A model generated the notes under the pieces. The model was not told where the DNA came from and did not search any database. It saw only the letters and a list, made by a program, of their open reading frames with translations. Shown one piece after another: positions 57,967 to 64,000 of a stretch of 64,000 bases of DNA (positions are counted from its first letter, which is position 1; every line of letters begins with the position of its first letter). The position numbers and the translations under genes were made by a program. The stretch is from Bugula neritina (taxonomy: Eukaryota; Animalia; Bryozoa), in NCBI GenBank assembly GCA_964035545.1, contig OZ037765.1:18166995-18230994 (forward strand), read 5' to 3'.

Positions 57967-60900
57967 ATGAGTACTCCTACAAGTGGTGTGCGAGAAAGGC
58001 CTCAAAGTCTTCCAGGCGGAAGATTTAAAGGAGGAAACGACCGAAATCATATTCACAATGATTATGATCATGATGGAGTTTCTGTGAAAACTTTACCCAA
58101 TTCTCACTCATCACAGTTTGTGCAAGCACATGCTAGAAAGGTACAAAGTAGTATCTGTAGAGAGGATCAATTGAAAAGTAAAAATTTAAGTACAAAAGTG
58201 GCTGTAGTCAGTAACACTAACACTAGCAGCAGCAGCAGCAGCAGCAAATCCTTACCAAATTCTGTTTCTACTAACTTTAAAAGTAAGGACAGCGCTAATG
58301 CTTCCGCCACTGCAGCTGGTGGGAATACTAATTTAGATGAAACATTTAGTACTGGTGGTAATGCTGGCACTTCAAGTGGAGCATCTGTAAAAAGCTCCCT
58401 TGTCAAGTCTGATCGTCTTGGTAAGCAAGACAGATTTAATGGGGCTAAGGGAGATAAGAAGCAATCAAGCTATTATGAGAAGTTAGAAAAAGATGCAAAT
58501 GATGGGGTTGAGGTGCGTACACATCACCATAGCCACAGTTATAATGGCCGAGATCATGGAAAGGGAATTCATAAATCTTACAACCGGGAATTCTCTGGTA
58601 GCCCATCTGTTCGATCGAAAACTACAGACCGATCAACTTATCCTGCTTCCAAAGCCAGTCATCCACACCTCAGATCTTCAAACCGAGTATTTACTTCTGA
58701 GAAATATCGCAACTCAAATCAGCCTAGAAATGAATACTCCGGTAAATATATTTTTTATATTTATAATGAATATTTTTGGCTAAAAAGCATATGTGATATA
58801 CATTAAAATGACTTTTTTAGTATTTAAATGATGAGTCATTAGACTTATTAATAGCCAGACAGTCTCTTTCAACATCTAGCCAAGATATTGAAAATATATT
58901 GTGTTTGTTTTGTATTGCCTAATTCTAATGATTTGTTTTGGTAGTCGACTATTTCCGCCGCTCTATTACTGAGCAAGTTCTCTGTCGAATACTTAGTAAT
59001 GTGGCACGAGAGGACCCCAACCACCAAGCAATAAAACAGTTAAACAACTATCTCAACGATCCAGCAAACAGTCGCTCAATTGTCAGATCTAGCCAAAGCT
59101 TATGGGACTATTTATCTGAGTTGTATTCAATTCAAGGGTATAGCTGCTTTGCTTTTTATTCTCTGTAATTTAGTTAGATACTTTTCGTTGGTATTTTAAA
59201 TAAACTGGCTTTAGTTGTGTGTACTAAAATCAGGACTTGCTTATGTGACCTTTTTATTACAGCAGAGAAAGAAAGGATGCAAAGAACTCACTTGCTATAT
59301 GTCTCTCAAAAGCTGGACAAGTCTGCATGAAAGCAGGGTATGTTTAGAGAACATGTATTTCAATTCTTTATTATGATTTGTATTTTCATAATTGGTCATT
59401 GCAAACTTTATTTTGCTACCTTCAATGGGATATGAAGCCTATCTACCACTGAACTCAAATTAAAATAATTGCTAGGCAACTGAAGGCTATAAAGGTAATG
59501 GAAATGAGGCACTGTGACTGATCTAAATTATTCTGACATAATTCTTAATTCTTACAATCAACTATGTGGCAAAAATGTGTTGAATATGTCAGAATATAAC
59601 TCGAAGTTTAAGAGTGATTATAAGTTCAACCTTTTCGTATATGCAAATATGTTTGCCTTCAACCAAATAATTGGCAACTATCATAAACCATATTCATTTA
59701 GTTAGTCTCAAAACTTTATTTTATGAAATATAAAAAAGATATCAAGCTAAACAGACCGGTGACCCTCATTTTAGAAAATTAGAATAATTTTTATCCACTA
59801 TTTATTGCTAACTGAAAAATGTTAGTTTATGAAACTTTAAAGTATTTTTGAATGAAGATCTCTTATTTTAAACGAGAGATTTTTCACTTGCTTTAGTTTT
59901 TATTATTACAGCTGTAACTGAAAAACTCTGAACTGGAGAGTTAATGTCCAATGTTAAAACTCCATTCGGGTACTTTATTAGTGATTGAAAATTATTTCAA
60001 GCTATTGTTTTCTTCAAGTTAGAGATTGATTATTTCTATAGTCTATGCATTTTAGAAATCCTCGATATGCGGACAATCAGTTTTACAAGTGGTTGTTTAC
60101 AACATATGAAGATTCAGATAGTGGTACAAAGTGTTGGTTGATGAACGCTCTTTTATGCACTTTGAATAGCAGTGATTTCACCACTCTCACTTATCGAGCT
60201 CAGGTAAATTTAAATGTCTTGTGTGAAACTTAGGAATGTGTTTGTTTTTGAATTTAGCTTGTTAGGAAGCTCCAAGTGAACACCTAAAATTGTGTACACT
60301 TTCTGACGGTTTTTTTTAAAGGATTTGAAAGTATTCTCTGTAAATTATGCTCGAGTATTTAATGTTTGTTGTTACTTTATTTAGATTGGAAAGTTGAAAT
60401 TTTGATGTTTTATGTTTTGATATTTTTCAGATTTCTCTTTACTTGTAGTATATTGTGGGCGAGGTCCAGCGCAACCTGGACCATGTGGCAGCAGCTAGTG
60501 AGATGTTCAGCTTGTTAAAAGTCACCTTGCATCTCGCCGAGAACCACTATCTTGTGTTTAAGGAGGCATTTATGGTAATGAACCTTTGCCTAACTGTTGA
60601 ACATGTTAATTACTTGAATGAACTTGATGCTTTTATTTTTGGTTGACAATGATTCAAACTATTTATCTTATTTTTATGCAGGATATTTACGACATTTTGA
60701 TTGGCTGGTCCATAGACACTGATCAATCGGAAGAAACAAACAAACAAATTCGCGAGGTTATAATCGGACTTCATCGCTATTGGATAGAAGACATTGCTAA
60801 TGCAAAAGACCTGACCTCCAACTTTTTAGATGACATAGATAGTCATGCTAGAGCTACCAAAGTCGAGGCTGATGCTCAATTGCATATTGCTAAGATGTGC

Positions 60901-63626
60901 CTACTGATTCGGTAATGGCAGCTTATCACACACTTTTATGCATGTTACATTCAATACTTAGCTAAAATAAAAACAAATGCATTCATACAAATTTGTTTTG
61001 CATAATTTAAGTTTGAGATCATTTTTTAGAGTTGTCTTTTTGTCCTACTGTATAGGGTTATACACTAAGAAAAAGTTTCACTAGTATGCTGTGTCATGTA
61101 TTGGCGAAACTCTTTAGTAGTTTATGTTTGATTCTTTTATGTAGTGGCTTTTTATATATTGCACCCCAAAAATTTTCATCTTACTTTTCAATAATGTTGA
61201 AGTAATATGGGTGGCAGTGTTTATTATGTATGAAAGTGTACACATTGATATGTTGCAGGACATACTGGACTCTTGTTGTGGCACTGAAAGGCCAGTTTAG
61301 CCACAAACACAGCATGCACATAGAAAAAGGCTACATTAGTTCAGTAAGAAGCTACTATAACATTAACTAGTCTATGACAGAGAGAAGCACATACAATAAA
61401 ATTGTTGTCTGTGATGCTCTTGTCTTTCTAGTGATAAGCTTTGGACAATAATTTATAGTTGGAATTGTCTTGCTTTCAGTAGGAAATGTTTTAGACTCAC
61501 TATCTCAGTATATAAATAAAGTAACAATTTTACCATATTTCATTTCTCTGTTGTAGAGTCTGACTAAGATCCTCTCTTCTATAAATAGTTTGAGCAGCGT
61601 AGCTACAGATTTGTCAAAGATTCATCTAGAAAGTGAGTATCTTATAATTGCTGCTATAATTCTGGTTTATTTATAGCATTTAGACGGTGGTTTGTTTTTA
61701 TTTACCATTTTTTAAATTATATCAGAGTGTCACTAGTTTAAAAATTCTCCTAACAACATAGCTTTTTTTCAGATGCTTATAGAGCTGTTAATCAATTCAT
61801 TTATTGTAATATCACGTGCTGCTTTTAGCTGTCCAGTGTATCAGTGTGATGGCCACTTGCCACGAAGATCTTTCTACTGTGAAGGATTTAGTGACTTTTA
61901 TGAAAGGTCAAGTAGATCAACTAACCTCTGAAACAACTGAGTCATCAATCTTAAGGCTTACTGCTTTAAACAAGGTTTGCAGCCTTCTGTCTGTAAATAA
62001 AATTGATAAGTAGGTGCAGCTATTGTACAGTGTTCTATAGAATAAACTCATCTGTTGCTATTTCCAATATTAAGTGTATTAGTGCACTGAGCAATAATAA
62101 TACCGATCATTTGGTCACATGATCACTTTGTAACAAATAATTTCTCCAAGCAGGTTCACCAAATAAAGACTACTAGTGTCTTGTTGTTTGTAATGTGTCC
62201 TGGTCTGGAGCATCTGATTTGCACTTGTGGTCATCAGCAAAATACAAGGCTGAGTTTATAGACTCAAATATCTGCTTTACAGATCTGCTGCATTTAATTT
62301 GATGTATGATTGCTAGGTGAAACAGTTTTTGTAGTAAGACACTGTTGGAGGTGTGTTTTTGAACACCAAATTTCAATAATTAATGCTAAATTTAAAATAA
62401 ATTCATTGAAACAAACAACTCAAGACACGCCATGTTTGACGATTGCTGAAGATTTATGATTATCATTTTTATATCAAATTTAATAATTCTTAATTCGACC
62501 CTAATATTTTAATCACAGCTCACGGTGTCATCTGATGCAGCTACTCTCAGTGAACTAAGTAGACACACCCTAAAAGCCGACCTAACATCTCTAGAACTCA
62601 GTGATAACATAGAAGTGCAGGCTTGCACTCTTGACCTCTACCGCAGTTACTTTGCCACTAAAGATATGGAGACCATTCAGCTAACCTTTCAGTTTGTTAT
62701 TTATGTTGTGTCATAAAGATTAGCTGATCATAAGATTTATTTGTTGATTTATCTCATTTTAATGCAATAATACAATTTAATATGACTCATTTACCATCCT
62801 TTCAATCATTTTCATGATTTCACTATCAGATATTTGTAAATTAATTTGATTTGTTACAGTTTTACTTATGTTTCTAAATCCATTTTCTTGGTGGCAATTC
62901 AATTCTAAACTAGGCAAACGTTTTCTAGAGGTAGTAACAGACATCCATTATTGGTGATCGCATTTTTGCACTCCACCATGTTCAGCTGAGATAATTAGCA
63001 TGTTGTGTGTTGCCTCTGTTTCCACAGTGTTTGTTGCTCTAGGAATATCAAAGAGGCTGTGGATAAAAGTCTCTTAGTGCTAGCTACAAAGGAAGCAGAA
63101 GACAATTGCCAAAGAAGCATCATGAAGGCTCAGCAGTTGATAGTGTTTCACCTTTCTACTATGACTCAAGTTGCTACGGACACCAACAATCTTATTTTGG
63201 TAAGTTTGCTTGTAGATGCTGCTGCTTCACCAGTACATTTACCACTCACTGTGTGGCTATTTCTCTTTCATTTATTAATAAACACCTCAGCAGGTTATGG
63301 TATAAAATGCAGTACATAAATACAAGCTTCAAGGAGACTACTTAATTGTGTCCCAAGACCTTCTATTTAACTTTAATGCCTAATCTCACCAATGTTTGTT
63401 TTAGCATTTGAATTTATTTAAATGTGAGGTGTCTAACTAAAGGTTGTTTGGCCTTTCACATTCCTTTGCAAGTGATAACCTACTATACTTTGTAGATGTA
63501 TGCTATTGAGCCTAGCATGTTTGACTACCTGCTAAAGGATGTCTTGCTGGGGTTCAGAGAGCAGCTGAAGTGTTATTCTGCAGTCAGTGTCTCTGTTCTC
63601 AGTCTTCTTCATCTGCACTGCAGCAG
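57967..63626 (+). CDS. SMG1: Serine/threonine kinase SMG1 (NMD PIKK), 5' portion; continues beyond the window
   Basis: Low-complexity exon 57967-58741, then HEAT-region exons 58945-59137 (RILSNVAREDP..IKQL), 59263-59337, 60056-60203, 60431-60574, 60682-60911 (DIYDILIGWSIDTDQ...W...FLDD), ~61259-61974, 62519-62692, 63043-63199, 63496-63626 (NLILMYAIEPSMF...HCSR). These match the SMG1 N-terminal motif order. Confidence 0.85.
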
Positions 63627-63691
63627 GTAAAGACTTTATAGAGCCTATCAAACAACTAGATATGGTACTAACAGCAGTTTGAGTCAAATTG

Positions 63692-63823
63692 TTCTAAAAG
63701 CAGCTCCGAGTTGGGGGTGACTGAGTGCAGTAGTTTGGGGTTCTAGCTAGGTCCCCCAACTCTAAACTTGAAAACCCCAAACTGCTGCACTCATTCACCC
63801 TCAACTTGAAGCTGCTTATAGAA
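63692..63823. mobile_element. ~130-bp foldback MITE in an SMG1 intron
   Basis: ~49-bp imperfect inverted arms ttctaaaagcagctccgagttgggggtga... / ...tcaccctcaacttgaagctgcttatagaa. Confidence 0.75.
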
Positions 63824-64000
63824 AATTCGTTCCAGACATTTGCAGATGTTAGCTGACTTTCATAGTGCAACTGTTTGCTCTTTTACTGCTGATTTATTTC
63901 GAGATTCCTGCTTTGCAAACAGCAATAGAGTATTCTTAAAAATCAAAACCAAAACTAGCAAGTTTATTGGCAAAGAGATCTTCACCTATTTTACATAATA

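Overview
AT-rich, intron-rich animal (invertebrate bilaterian-like) genomic DNA. Genes in order: last exon of a POU class VI homeobox gene (+); a complete multi-exon PIKfyve/Fab1 (-, ~2.2-28.4 kb) whose 4.6-kb intron holds a complete antisense 4-exon gene for a secreted Cys-rich/cbEGF protein; a decayed LINE RT fragment; a BMP type I receptor of the ALK3/6 (tkv) class (-); glutamate dehydrogenase (+), whose last exon carries a 14-bp frameshifting duplication; a possible TEDC2-like gene (-) with an apparently disrupted 3' half; and the 5' part of SMG1 (+). The most unusual non-coding structure is at 42.19-44.27 kb: three minimal type I hammerhead ribozyme motifs. Two are direct repeats with cleavage sites 272 nt apart around a highly self-complementary spacer (retrozyme/Penelope pLTR-like). 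The third is inverted, on the far side of a ~1.63-kb perfect (GT)n tract. There are also tRNA-Thr-like SINEs (one interrupted by a CACTA-ended MITE), several MITEs, and TAN-triplet low-complexity tracts that recur near gene 5' ends. Exon boundaries were read by eye and family assignments rest on motif recognition; no searches were run.
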